64,000 nucleotides of DNA from a virus (lineage: Duplodnaviria; Caudoviricetes), in IMG/VR virus record IMGVR_UViG_3300032320_002249, positions 1 through 64,000 of that record, one strand, 5' to 3'. Shown here in pieces: positions 1 to 9,435 of the stretch. A program made the translations under genes and the position numbers. The notes under the pieces are model-generated. The model ran no database searches. It saw only the letters and a list, made by a program, of their open reading frames with translations, and was not told the DNA's origin. Positions within the stretch are counted from its first letter, which is position 1. Each line of letters begins with the position of its first letter.

Positions 1-60
1 CCCTCAAACCCCTCAAACCACTCAAGAAGATACTAATAATGTAATCTTTAAGTGAAGATT

Positions 61-85
61 AATCCCCCTAAAAGGGGATTTTTTT
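61..85 (+). terminator. Intrinsic terminator
   Basis: AATCCCC-ctaaa-GGGGATT hairpin followed by a T run. Confidence 0.7.
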
Positions 86-88
86 AAT

Positions 89-144
89 GGACAGTTTTTG
101 AACTGGCCTAGTCTATTATTCAACTTTCGATCCTTTGCTAGAAT
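89..144 (+). promoter_or_regulatory. Inverted-repeat promoter module (first copy)
   Basis: GGACAGTT-TTTG-AACTGGCC at 89-108, TAGAAT at 139-144. Confidence 0.65.
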
Positions 145-165
145 ACAGGAGAACTATTTAAACAA

Positions 166-369
166 ATGAGCATCGAACACTCTTTAGCAGTTGATCTTCA
201 ATATTTCAGGACTACATCTAGGTGGACACCTGAATTAGAAAAAGAATTAATCCTTCTGCATAAACAGAATACTCCACCCATCATTTTTACCTTTGCCCTA
301 AATGAAAATTCCGGGCAAACTAAACTTAGGATTCAAAAAGAAAACACTCGTTACTTCTATGGAAACTAA
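166..369 (+). CDS. Hypothetical protein
   Basis: ORF directly after the promoter module, AGGAG upstream. Confidence 0.55.
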   Translation: MSIEHSLAVDLQYFRTTSRWTPELEKELILLHKQNTPPIIFTFALNENSGQTKLRIQKENTRYFYGN

Positions 370-550
370 TTGTCTTACTCCCTCTCAAATTTCATCTTCC
401 GATAAAAAATCTTGCTTTGTTCTTACAAAAAATGAGGAGCTTTGGTATGGAGAATTCAAATTTGTTGATGGTAAAGAAAAGTTCATTTGGACTAAACTTC
501 CTCCTATTGAAGTGGAGCGAACCCCTAAAAAATACTTTGCTACGGATTAA
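359..550 (+). CDS. Hypothetical protein
   Basis: ATG at 359 overlaps the previous gene end; ends 2 nt before the next ATG. Confidence 0.5.
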   Translation: METNCLTPSQISSSDKKSCFVLTKNEELWYGEFKFVDGKEKFIWTKLPPIEVERTPKKYFATD

Positions 551-552
551 TC

Positions 553-1320
553 ATGTTTGACTTTTTCAAGGTAGGTGGAGCTGTTAGAGATCAATTTCTT
601 GGCGTACATTCGAAAGATGTAGATTTTTCGGTTGTATGCACTGATCCTAGTCTTCTAACAAGTTCTGCCGATCGTGTTTTTGTAGTTCTAAAAAACTTTC
701 TGAAAGAAACCGGCTTTAATGTATTTCTCTCTACTCCTGAATTTCTCACGATCAGGGCCAAGGTCCCAAAGGACCACCCGCTGCGGCAGCTGACGGACGT
801 TGCAGACTTTGTTCTGGCCAGGAGGGAGTCTAAGGAGTCGGATGGTCGCAGGCCCCTCTGGGTCTCTCCAGGGACCCTTATGGACGATCTGTCTAGGAGG
901 GACTTTACATGCAATGCGATGGCATTGGACACCGAGGGAAATCTTATTGATCCTTTCAACGGCAAGGAAGATTTGGAGAATAAGGTTCTAAGATTTGTTG
1001 GCGATCCTCTTGAAAGAATCAATGAGGATGGTCTGAGGGTTCTTAGAGCATTTAGGTTCTTCATTACAAAGGAACTTGATATTAAAGAAGACACTTTTAG
1101 AATTCTTACTTCTAGAAGTTCTATAGATATGGTAGAAAAAAATTCTATCGACAGAATTAGAGACGAGCTGAATAAAATGTTTATGTTCGACACTCTAAAG
1201 TCTGTTCAGTTGCTTTCTTCTCTGCCTTTGGATCTAAATAAGGCTATTTTTAGAAATGGCCTTTGGCTAACACCTACTAATAAAAAGAATACCAAGAAGA
1301 CTAACAAAAACAAAAAATAA
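553..1320 (+). CDS. cca: tRNA nucleotidyltransferase (CCA-adding / polyA polymerase family, class II)
   Basis: VGGAVRD, DVDF (DxD), DLSRRDFTCNAMA, DPFNG, EDGLRVLRAFRF motifs. Confidence 0.9.
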   Translation: MFDFFKVGGAVRDQFLGVHSKDVDFSVVCTDPSLLTSSADRVFVVLKNFLKETGFNVFLSTPEFLTIRAKVPKDHPLRQLTDVADFVLARRESKESDGRRPLWVSPGTLMDDLSRRDFTCNAMALDTEGNLIDPFNGKEDLENKVLRFVGDPLERINEDGLRVLRAFRFFITKELDIKEDTFRILTSRSSIDMVEKNSIDRIRDELNKMFMFDTLKSVQLLSSLPLDLNKAIFRNGLWLTPTNKKNTKKTNKNKK

Positions 1321-1514
1321 TGAAGAAACAAACATCAATTGATGATGACTTTCCATATGAAACCCTACCATGGAAGTTAATTTTTGACGACCGTGGTGCT
1401 GCAAAAAAATGCTTTTTTATGTGCGAAGAACACTTAAAAAAGCATATGGAAAGATACAAACTAAATAAAAAAAATTCTAAGGTATCTCATAAAGATGGTC
1501 TCACCCTCACCTAA
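1320..1514 (+). CDS. Small cyanophage-type hypothetical protein
   Basis: LPWKL...CFFMCEEHLKKH motif recognised from T4-like cyanophages. Confidence 0.65.
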   Translation: MKKQTSIDDDFPYETLPWKLIFDDRGAAKKCFFMCEEHLKKHMERYKLNKKNSKVSHKDGLTLT

Positions 1515-1647
1515 ACTGGACGCAACTACCCCCTGGTATGAATACCTTTCATACCAGGAGTGTTGTAGGAGTTTAAATGTAAAAGAAAGTCTTAGGAGAT
1601 TTATTTTTTATAACAATTATTACAAAACCGTTTTGAGGAAAAATTAA
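1495..1647 (+). CDS. Small hypothetical protein (50 aa, below ORF-track cutoff)
   Basis: Manual translation MVSPSPKLDATTPWYEYLSYQECCRSLNV...; fills the gap and abuts the next ATG. Confidence 0.55.
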   Translation: MVSPSPKLDATTPWYEYLSYQECCRSLNVKESLRRFIFYNNYYKTVLRKN

Positions 1648-1842
1648 ATGTACGAAAATTTAAATGAATTCGAAAGAGCTTTAGCTAAATTTGGAGATCA
1701 AGTTGCTATTGTAGCTGGTCTAGAAGTCAGCGGAAAAATTACACAAGAAGCTGCGTTTGATCAAATTAAATCTCTTTATAAAAACGTTAAAAAACTTTAC
1801 AAAAAGAACAAAGATTCTATTGAATCATTGGATAAAAACTAA
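1648..1842 (+). CDS. Small protein resembling a conserved cyanobacterial/cyanophage family
   Basis: LExxGKIxxExAxxQIKxLYK-type motif. Confidence 0.65.
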   Translation: MYENLNEFERALAKFGDQVAIVAGLEVSGKITQEAAFDQIKSLYKNVKKLYKKNKDSIESLDKN

Positions 1843-1863
1843 CATTTCAATATAAATACTAAA

Positions 1864-2043
1864 ATGGAAGATAGTTTGAAAGTAACTCAAAAAGAAGATG
1901 GATCTTTTGATATTTCCTGGGACAAAGATGATCCTACATGGTCTTTTTTGAATGAACTTCCCACTGCTTATGTGGAGGTGAAAATTATAGAATACATAAG
2001 AGAAGAAATTAATCAAAAAGAAAATAATGACCCATCCCAATAA
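1864..2043 (+). CDS. Small hypothetical protein (59 aa)
   Basis: Manual translation MEDSLKVTQKEDGSFDISWDKDDPTWSFLN. Confidence 0.55.
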   Translation: MEDSLKVTQKEDGSFDISWDKDDPTWSFLNELPTAYVEVKIIEYIREEINQKENNDPSQ

Positions 2044-2227
2044 CACTAAAAAATCATTAAATGATCGTGATTGGCAAGAATTAGAAAAATTGAGAAAAAA
2101 TATAACTTCAAATATTTCTCTGACTAATACTAATGACATGGAAAAATTTACTCATTTATTAGTAAGGAGCCTAGAGGGTAAAGGTAATTATCCTCACAAT
2201 TCAAAACAAGAACCAACCAATTATTAA
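2027..2227 (+). CDS. Hypothetical protein
   Basis: ORF in a tightly packed operon. Confidence 0.55.
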   Translation: MTHPNNTKKSLNDRDWQELEKLRKNITSNISLTNTNDMEKFTHLLVRSLEGKGNYPHNSKQEPTNY

Positions 2228-2231
2228 TTTT

Positions 2232-2444
2232 ATGGAAAACATCAATAAGCATATTGAGTATGATCGTAAGATTCTTGAGGATCCTACGACTTCACCACAA
2301 GCCCGTAGACATACTTCCGAAGAGCTATTGGCCCTAGAAACCTATCAAAAAAATCATCCAGAAGATACACATGATCCCACACCTCTTGAGCTTTATTGCG
2401 AAATGAATCCAAGTGCTCTTGAGTGTCGTGTTTATGATGATTGA
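2232..2444 (+). CDS. cp12: CP12 Calvin-cycle inhibitor (cyanophage type)
   Basis: C-terminal PTPLELYCEMNPSALECRVYDD with the CP12 cysteine pair and CRxYDD end. Confidence 0.9.
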   Translation: MENINKHIEYDRKILEDPTTSPQARRHTSEELLALETYQKNHPEDTHDPTPLELYCEMNPSALECRVYDD

Positions 2445-2458
2445 ATTGTAAAATAATT

Positions 2459-2932
2459 ATGACTAATGAAGTTGGAACTGAAGCCATAGAAAAGATTGAA
2501 CTTGTATTCAATCATATTAAAAATGTTCAGAGAAATTGCTATAAACTAGGCATTAAGTTAATGAAAAGAGGTGAGATTGAATTAGGTAGAACATTAATTT
2601 CTAATGGTCAGATCCACGATAATTCTAAATTTAAGGGAATTGAATTTGATCATCTTTTTAACGGTGATCCTCTTCTTCCAGAAGTTGTTAAGCACCATCA
2701 ATCAATCAATCCACATCATCCTGAATATTGGGGTGGAATTAAAAATATGCCAAAAGTTTATGTTGCGGAAATGGTGTGTGATTGGTATGCCCGTGCTACT
2801 GAATTTGGAACAGGAATTAGAGAATGGATAGATACTAAAGCCTTAGAAAAGTTTAGTTTTTCTAAAAAAGATTTGGTTTATGCTACCATTCAAGAAATGT
2901 TATCTCTATTATTAGATCCATCTTTTACCTGA
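2459..2932 (+). CDS. HD-like phosphohydrolase (DUF5662-like)
   Basis: HDNSK, HHxxxNPHHPEYW, EMVCDW motifs. Confidence 0.7.
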   Translation: MTNEVGTEAIEKIELVFNHIKNVQRNCYKLGIKLMKRGEIELGRTLISNGQIHDNSKFKGIEFDHLFNGDPLLPEVVKHHQSINPHHPEYWGGIKNMPKVYVAEMVCDWYARATEFGTGIREWIDTKALEKFSFSKKDLVYATIQEMLSLLLDPSFT

Positions 2933-3041
2933 GTGGACGATTAAAAAACTGGCCCATCTGTTCTTCAATTAGAACGGGTGGGCCTTATAATGTTTGGGCC
3001 GATCTCTATTTGTTCGGTGAAAATTTATTTTATTGATGATT

Positions 3042-3635
3042 ATGATTACCGCTTCTCAAGTAAAAAATCTTCGTGAAAAAACAGGCGCTGGTATGATGCA
3101 GTGCAAAGAGGCATTGACAGCAACTTCTGGCAATGAAGCAGAAGCTCTTATCTGGCTTCGTCAGAAGGGAATTGCTATTGCTGATGGAAAAGTTGGTCGC
3201 CCTACGACTGAAGGCACAATTGGATCTTATATTCACACTGGCGGACGTATTGGTGTGATGGTTGAGATTCTTTGTGAAACTGATTTTGTCGCACGTTCTG
3301 ATGAATTCCAAGAACTTGTAAGGAATATTGGTATGCAAATTGCTGCATGTCCCACTGTCGCATATGTTTCTATTGACCAAGTACCTGATAGTGTAGTTGA
3401 GGTCGAAACAAATATCGAAATGGGTAAGAACGATCTTTCAAATAAACCAGAAAATATTAGGGCTAAAATTGTAGAAGGTCGAATTGCCAAAAGGCTTAAA
3501 GAATTCTGTCTTATGGATCAAAACTACATTAAAGATGGTTCCGTCACTGTACAAGACTATATCAAAATGACCGCAGGAAAATTTGGCGAAAACATCAACG
3601 TCAAGAAATTCGTTCGCTTTAATCTTGGCGAATGA
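3042..3635 (+). CDS. tsf: Translation elongation factor Ts (short cyanobacterial-type)
   Basis: [44 protein letters not shown]-equivalent QIAA, GENIxVxxFVRF; about 197 aa. Confidence 0.95.
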   Translation: MITASQVKNLREKTGAGMMQCKEALTATSGNEAEALIWLRQKGIAIADGKVGRPTTEGTIGSYIHTGGRIGVMVEILCETDFVARSDEFQELVRNIGMQIAACPTVAYVSIDQVPDSVVEVETNIEMGKNDLSNKPENIRAKIVEGRIAKRLKEFCLMDQNYIKDGSVTVQDYIKMTAGKFGENINVKKFVRFNLGE

Positions 3636-3639
3636 GACC

Positions 3640-3699
3640 TGTGACAGTTTAAGAACCGTCACAATCTAGCTTGTCGAACTTTCTTTTCTAGCATATAGT
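3640..3699 (+). promoter_or_regulatory. Inverted-repeat promoter module
   Basis: TGTGACAGTT-TAAG-AACCGTCACA at 3640-3663, TATAGT at 3694. Confidence 0.75.
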
Positions 3700-3753
3700 A
3701 GGAACGTCAACAAGTTGAAACAGCAACTTTCTAAATCAACTAGGAGCTTAATT

Positions 3754-5271
3754 ATGGCAAACAAACTGATCGAAGCTATCAAAGAATCTTCCAATGTAAC
3801 TACTACTTGGAATGGTGCAAAGGCTTATGTTTCCACCAAAAATGCAAATCTTGACCTTTTCGGTAAAATTGGTTCTTCCCGTGGCGATGTAGCACAAATT
3901 AAAAAACTCTTTATCAATGCCTTCAAGGAGGATCCTGAGACTGCAACTCGTATTCTCTTCTATGGTCGTGATGTTCGTGGTGGTCAGGGAGAGCGTATGG
4001 TTTTCCGTACCCTTCTGAAGGAACTTGCTTCTATTGACAAGAATCTTGTTAAAAAGCTGGTTTCCACTGTTCCTCATTATGGACGTTGGGATGATCTCAT
4101 GATTTTGGAGGATACCCTTGCCTGGAGCACTGTTCTTGAGCATGTGAAGTTCCAACTGAAGCAAGATCTTGATACTGATATTGGCAAGCCTATTTCGCTT
4201 CTTGCTAAGTGGCTTCCTTCTATCAATGCATCTTCTAAGGTGTCGAAGCGTATTGGTCGTAAGATTGCAAGTTCTCTTGGTCTTACCGAAAAAATGTATC
4301 GTGTGACTCTTAGCGTACTGCGTAAGCAACTCGATATTCCTGAGCAAAAGATGTGTGCCCGAAACTGGGAAGAAATTGTCTATGACAAACTTCCTTCTCG
4401 CGCTGCACTCATGTACCGTAAGGCTTTCATGAAGCATGATAGCACTCGCTATCAAAAGTATGTGCAGGATGTTGCTGCAGGAAAGGCTAAAGTCAATGCT
4501 TCCACCTTGTATCCTTATGATATTGTGAAGCCTTTTATTAGTTCCGGTTACTATGGTCGCACCGCTTCCCAGAGCGCCACCGAAAAGAGTCTTCTTGATT
4601 CTCAGTGGAAGGCACTTCCTGACTACATGGAAGGAAATCCTTTCAATGGTCTGGTTCTGTGTGATGTATCCGGCTCTATGTATTCCTCTTATGGAAACAA
4701 GAGTGATCTACGTCCTATCGATGTATCTGTTTCACTGGCAATTTATATTGCCGAACGAAACACCGGACTTTGGAAAAACAACTTCCTTGCATTCGATTCT
4801 ATTCCTCGTCTTGCCCAAGTGCGCGGAAATACCATCGAAGAAAAGGTGAATAGTGTTAAGAATTCTACTAGCTATATGGGTAGTACCGACCTTCAGGCAG
4901 TTGTTAAGCTGATTCTTGATAGTGCAATCAGTAATAATCTGGCTCAAGAAGACCTTCCTGAGAACTTGATTATCATCTCTGATATGCAGTTCAATGGTTC
5001 TAATGCTGCTTGTAGAAACACCAACTTGGAAGCACTCAAGATCCAGTATCAAAATGCAGGATACCAAATTCCTAGCATCGTCTTCTGGAATGTAAATGCT
5101 GCGGCTAATGTTCCTATCAAGATCGATGATCGTGGAACCTGCCTGGTGTCTGGTTGTTCTCCTTCTATCATGAAGTCTATTCTTTCTCGTAGGGAATATA
5201 CTCCTCTTGATATGATGAATACTGCCATCTATGATGCTCGGTATGATCTAATCGGTGAAGCGTTCCGCTGA
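3754..5271 (+). CDS. DUF2828-like TROVE/vWA-domain protein
   Basis: RDVRGGQGER, GRWDDL, LAKWLPS, MIDAS-like DVSGS, ISDMQF, VFWNV, VSGCSPSI; AGGAG RBS at 3742. Confidence 0.8.
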   Translation: MANKLIEAIKESSNVTTTWNGAKAYVSTKNANLDLFGKIGSSRGDVAQIKKLFINAFKEDPETATRILFYGRDVRGGQGERMVFRTLLKELASIDKNLVKKLVSTVPHYGRWDDLMILEDTLAWSTVLEHVKFQLKQDLDTDIGKPISLLAKWLPSINASSKVSKRIGRKIASSLGLTEKMYRVTLSVLRKQLDIPEQKMCARNWEEIVYDKLPSRAALMYRKAFMKHDSTRYQKYVQDVAAGKAKVNASTLYPYDIVKPFISSGYYGRTASQSATEKSLLDSQWKALPDYMEGNPFNGLVLCDVSGSMYSSYGNKSDLRPIDVSVSLAIYIAERNTGLWKNNFLAFDSIPRLAQVRGNTIEEKVNSVKNSTSYMGSTDLQAVVKLILDSAISNNLAQEDLPENLIIISDMQFNGSNAACRNTNLEALKIQYQNAGYQIPSIVFWNVNAAANVPIKIDDRGTCLVSGCSPSIMKSILSRREYTPLDMMNTAIYDARYDLIGEAFR

Positions 5272-5277
5272 ACCTTT

Positions 5278-5298
5278 GGGGGAGGGGCAACCCTCCCC
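5278..5298 (+). terminator. GC-rich hairpin, probable terminator
   Basis: GGGGAGGG-gcaa-CCCTCCCC right after the stop codon. Confidence 0.55.
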
Positions 5299-5377
5299 GT
5301 CCAGTTTTTAATCTGTCACAACAAAACACTGTGACAAAAATCATCGTCTACACTAGCAAAGCTTTGAGGTCATCATT

Positions 5378-5707
5378 ATGAAATTCACCGATTTAAACTT
5401 CAACACTCATCGTCGTAAAGGTGGAATCTATGCAAAACACACTTTTCGAAATGGATTTGGAGTTGCCATTTACAGGTACACAAACACACTCATGAATGGT
5501 GTTATCGATGAGGGATCCTTGGGTTCTCTTGAGGGTCTTTTTGAGGCATATATCACCAAAAATGGTAAGGTTACCTTTGATACTCCTCTCGCAGACGATG
5601 TTCTTGGTCATCTGAATGAAGACCAAATCGAGGATCTTCTGAGCGTTGTTGAGGTTTTACACCCAGAAGAACACATTTTCATTCAGTCCACCCTTGTAAC
5701 TCCCTGA
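5378..5707 (+). CDS. Phage hypothetical protein
   Basis: ORF after a promoter module, GAGG RBS. Confidence 0.65.
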   Translation: MKFTDLNFNTHRRKGGIYAKHTFRNGFGVAIYRYTNTLMNGVIDEGSLGSLEGLFEAYITKNGKVTFDTPLADDVLGHLNEDQIEDLLSVVEVLHPEEHIFIQSTLVTP

Positions 5708-5722
5708 AATTAACTACTAACT

Positions 5723-5953
5723 ATGAAATTCATTTATCTTGTTGAAAACTTCGTACCTTTCCCTCAGTCCGAGGGTGGACTTTTCCAAGTAATTGCAAAA
5801 GATAACGAAGAATGCTTTGATCTTATTGCAGACTATGATGAAGATCAAAACGTTCAACACTATAATAAACTCAGAGAAAATATCTCTAAGTCTCCTTCAT
5901 TTGCTCTCCTAGATGAGGAGGAGTCAAGAATCGTAGGATACTTTGGTTTGTGA
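5723..5953 (+). CDS. Cyanophage-type hypothetical protein
   Basis: YLVENFVPFPQSExGG motif; acidic. Confidence 0.6.
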   Translation: MKFIYLVENFVPFPQSEGGLFQVIAKDNEECFDLIADYDEDQNVQHYNKLRENISKSPSFALLDEEESRIVGYFGL

Positions 5954-6129
5954 TGACTTTTCAAAACTCATTTTCCGAAGGAGTGACTGTAATTTATGAC
6001 CAAATACAAGGAACTATTAATTTTATTTGTTCCATTTACCTGACAATCACACTTACATCCACTTCTTCGCTTTTAGTTTATAAAGAAGATTGGTCAAAAA
6101 TTAAACTTCCAAAAGAATCAGAAACCTAA
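5953..6129 (+). CDS. Small hypothetical protein (58 aa)
   Basis: TGATG stop-start overlap; manual translation. Confidence 0.55.
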   Translation: MTFQNSFSEGVTVIYDQIQGTINFICSIYLTITLTSTSSLLVYKEDWSKIKLPKESET

Positions 6130-6295
6130 CTATGACGTATGTTATTTCTTATTTAAAAAAGAAAAATACTAAAAAAAATTATTACAAAACCGAGTCCGCT
6201 AAGTTTTATAAGTATGAAGATGCCGTATTCTGGCAAACTTTAAAAGAGCGAGAGGGTTGTTTAGATTTCAAAATTGTTCCTAGTTTTTAATCATC

Positions 6296-7981
6296 ATGTC
6301 ACTATCTTTCAAAGTACCAACTACAATTTATAAGGAAATTGCTGAGTATGACATTTCCAAACCTAAAGATTTAACAGCTCCCCCAAGAAACCCTGCTCCA
6401 GCCAGGGTTGTAAAACCTAAAAACTTTGGCACTCCTTATGACCTGTTGCCTACTAATATCATTTCTACTGAAGGTCAAAAAACCATTGTAGATAGAATTC
6501 ATACAAAAGTTTCTGTGATTCCCCGATCTCATCATAGAAAAGAAGATAGTATTGTTAATATTAGCAATAAACCAAAAGCAATCGTGGGATTTTTTGGGGT
6601 ATTTTGGTATTCATTTTGGATAATTGAAAATGATGAAAATTATTTGATGGGTCTTAAAATTTATGTAAGAAATATCGTCTCGTATAAAAATAATTCCGCT
6701 TTTTCGGAATTTCTTAGGTCTCTCAATATTAATATAGATGAAGTTGTTACTGAAGAAATTTTAAATGCAACTAAAAAACCAAAGGACATTGAATTCACCA
6801 AAAAAGTTAGTTTGGAGGACTTAAAAAAAGGAAAATACTATTCTACCTATAACTATTCTTATGGTGGTTCATCTTCTACTTTCAATACTGAGTTGATCCA
6901 ACATCTCAGAAAAAAAGTTCCAACTTGGAAAAATACTAATACTGCCTATTGGTATAGGGATAGTATTAGTAACTTAATGCATAGAATTTCAAATAATCCT
7001 TATAAAGAACTTTTTCAAAAACGATTAAGAAATGAACTGTTTGCAACACATCAAAAGTTTAAAGAAAATGAGTTAAATCTTGAAACTTTTTATGATTTGC
7101 TTGCAGACAAGTATAAAGAAAAATTCAATACTCCTTATGTTAGAAAAGTAATTAATGAATCCATTGATTCTATTAATCGCTATTATAATAATCCGGCTAA
7201 CGAATCTCAGGATACCTTTAATAATCACATCAATGACCTAATTTATAGGATCAATTTTGTAGCTAAGATTTTAGAAGTTTATGACAATCTTTCAGTAGAT
7301 CAGATTAATTCCTTATTTTCAGTTAGTTTTATTGATACTGCTCGTAGACCCCTTAGTTTCGAGGTTCCATTCAACGGAAAAATTAAAGAATGGCTCAATA
7401 AAAACGTTCCGTTCAAATCAGCATTTAATATGATAAAAACGGATTGTCATCTGTTTAGGGATAGTATTTCTATGCTAGGAACAGTTCTATCTAAAAAACC
7501 AGATCTAAAATATGAAGAGAGGTATAGGGTCAACACCTTCCATGATTACATCATGGCAGAACAGTGGAAGTTGAACAATAAGGATGGCCCCCTTCCTCAA
7601 TACCTTATTCCACAGCCCATTAAAATCAATAATGATTGGACGTTTTTCCAACCAAGTTCTATTCACCAACTGGCCCTATGGGGGAGAGAGGCAAGGAACT
7701 GTGTGGGTGGTACATACTACATTAATGGTATCAAAGACAAAAGGCACTTCATTGTTTTGGCGATGAAGAATCATGTTCCAACCTTTACAATTCAATTGGT
7801 TCTTAGGGGAGCTAACTTAGAAGTTTCTCAAATTAAGAAGTCTTCTAATGCTGCTCTTAATAATCAAGAAATGAAAGAGTATGAAAATCTGTTTTCTAAT
7901 CTGATGAAAGTCAGGGAAGAACAGATTAAGCAAGAAGAACTAAATAAAGTTGAAGCCCAAGTTGCTGTTGAGGGGGCCTGA
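6296..7981 (+). CDS. PcfJ-like domain protein
   Basis: C-terminal QPxSxxQLxxWGxxxRNCVGxxYxxxI...FIVL...FTIQL pattern. Confidence 0.7.
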   Translation: MSLSFKVPTTIYKEIAEYDISKPKDLTAPPRNPAPARVVKPKNFGTPYDLLPTNIISTEGQKTIVDRIHTKVSVIPRSHHRKEDSIVNISNKPKAIVGFFGVFWYSFWIIENDENYLMGLKIYVRNIVSYKNNSAFSEFLRSLNINIDEVVTEEILNATKKPKDIEFTKKVSLEDLKKGKYYSTYNYSYGGSSSTFNTELIQHLRKKVPTWKNTNTAYWYRDSISNLMHRISNNPYKELFQKRLRNELFATHQKFKENELNLETFYDLLADKYKEKFNTPYVRKVINESIDSINRYYNNPANESQDTFNNHINDLIYRINFVAKILEVYDNLSVDQINSLFSVSFIDTARRPLSFEVPFNGKIKEWLNKNVPFKSAFNMIKTDCHLFRDSISMLGTVLSKKPDLKYEERYRVNTFHDYIMAEQWKLNNKDGPLPQYLIPQPIKINNDWTFFQPSSIHQLALWGREARNCVGGTYYINGIKDKRHFIVLAMKNHVPTFTIQLVLRGANLEVSQIKKSSNAALNNQEMKEYENLFSNLMKVREEQIKQEELNKVEAQVAVEGA

Positions 7982-7995
7982 GGTCCCCTCTTTTT
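7970..7995 (+). terminator. Intrinsic terminator
   Basis: GAGGGGGCC-tga-GGTCCCCTC followed by a T run. Confidence 0.65.
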
Positions 7996-8116
7996 CTTAT
8001 GAATACATCAAACTATAAAAGTGCCTTAATTTTTTCTATTGTTATTATTTTAGATTTGTTATTAATAGCAGCAATTTTAATTCATAGTAAATTACAAATT
8101 GTTACTTTTTTAAAAA

Positions 8117-8317
8117 ATGTTCTTAACAACTAAAATAGAATACATTATATTTTATTTTATAATGACTATAATTTCTGCCTTTAGTCTTTATAGGGCAAAT
8201 CCGTATGATAAAAATAATTATATCAGCCCAATATACTTTCTTTTTGCCTTAATTTGGCCTGTGTTTATTATTATGAGCTTTCTTTCTCTAATCTTTAGAG
8301 TCTTATTTACCTTGTAG
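8117..8317 (+). CDS. Small membrane protein
   Basis: Two hydrophobic stretches, LIWP motif. Confidence 0.5.
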   Translation: MFLTTKIEYIIFYFIMTIISAFSLYRANPYDKNNYISPIYFLFALIWPVFIIMSFLSLIFRVLFTL

Positions 8318-8374
8318 TAGACGGTTTGAAAACTGTCTACTTTTTAATCTGAAGGTCGATGTATGCCTTATAAT
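8317..8374 (+). promoter_or_regulatory. Inverted-repeat promoter module
   Basis: GTAGACGGTT-TGAA-AACTGTCTAC at 8317-8340, TATAAT at 8369. Confidence 0.75.
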
Positions 8375-8396
8375 GGATCATCTTCTTCCAAAGACC

Positions 8397-8870
8397 ATGA
8401 CTAACGAGAATAAAAAAACTATTAAGAAAGGTGAACTTCTTAATACAATGATTGTGTTGGCTACAAATAGTCACAGTGGTCAATTTGATCGTGGTGGTAA
8501 TCCGTATATCCTCCATGCATTGAAAGTTATGCACTATCTTCGCACGGATGATGAGGAACTTCAGTGTATTGCAATTGGACATGATCTAATTGAGGATACT
8601 GATGTAACCTATGTTCAACTAAAAGAACTTGGATTTACCGATAGAATCATTAACGGTATTAAGGCACTCACCAAACAGAGAGGACAATCTTATGATGAGT
8701 ATAAGAAACAGGTTCTTTCTAGTGGAGATGCAATGAAAGTTAAAAAATGTGATTTGCGTCATAATAGTGATATTCGTAGGCTAAAGGGTGTTAGTGAAAA
8801 AGATATTGCCAGAACCTTTAAATACCATCAATTTTATCTTGAGATAGAACAACATGAAAATCAACAATGA
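8397..8870 (+). CDS. HD-domain (p)ppGpp-hydrolase-like protein (small alarmone hydrolase family)
   Basis: HxGQxDRGGxPYIxH, GHDLIEDT, ALTK, VKxCDxxHN motifs. Confidence 0.8.
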   Translation: MTNENKKTIKKGELLNTMIVLATNSHSGQFDRGGNPYILHALKVMHYLRTDDEELQCIAIGHDLIEDTDVTYVQLKELGFTDRIINGIKALTKQRGQSYDEYKKQVLSSGDAMKVKKCDLRHNSDIRRLKGVSEKDIARTFKYHQFYLEIEQHENQQ

Positions 8871-9435
8871 AAGAAAACTTATTTTGTTTAATGGCCCCAG
8901 ACACTCTGGTAAAGATACTGCTTCGATTTATTGTCATCAAAAATATGGAGCCCATCATTTCAAGTTTAGTTATCCTATGAAAGCCGGAATCAAAACCATG
9001 TTTTCATTAAGTGATGAACAAGTCGATTATCTTGAAACAATCAAAACAGAACCATCTGAATTATTGTTTGGCAAAAGTTATGTCGAATGTCAGATTTCAT
9101 TGAGCGAAGAATGGTTCAAGGTTAAATGGAATAATAAAATCTTTGGTATGCTTGCAGTCAATTACCTAAAAGGTCAAATAAACAAAAACCCAGAGCAAAA
9201 CTTTTATGTTTGCAGCGACAGTGGTTTCTCTTCCGAAGCATATCCAGTTGCCGATTTGTTTGGAGCTGAAAATGTGCTATTAGTTAAAATTCAACGACCA
9301 GGAAAAACTTTTGATGGGGACAGTAGATCCTACATTGAATTAGATAACATTAAAACCATAGAACTGCAAAATGATAAAACAGAAGAAGAATATAAAAAAG
9401 CCATTGATAATGTAGTCAACTTTTGGATTAAATAA
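8854..9435 (+). CDS. Deoxynucleoside monophosphate kinase-like P-loop kinase
   Basis: Walker A NGPRHSGKDT, FSYPMK, CSDSGF, DSR. Confidence 0.75.
   Translation: MKINNERKLILFNGPRHSGKDTASIYCHQKYGAHHFKFSYPMKAGIKTMFSLSDEQVDYLETIKTEPSELLFGKSYVECQISLSEEWFKVKWNNKIFGMLAVNYLKGQINKNPEQNFYVCSDSGFSSEAYPVADLFGAENVLLVKIQRPGKTFDGDSRSYIELDNIKTIELQNDKTEEEYKKAIDNVVNFWIK

Noticed and set aside
1-27. CCCTCAAAC short repeat at the window start
   Set aside because: Only 2-3 units in the truncated end of an upstream gene; no context to interpret
1495-1647. Suspected frameshift in the small ORF
   Set aside because: A recount of the C run at 1529-1533 shows the frame is intact
591-5067. Long minus-strand ORFs (591..1193, 3748..4455, 4732..5067)
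   Set aside because: Antisense shadows of well-supported + strand genes, with no motifs or RBS
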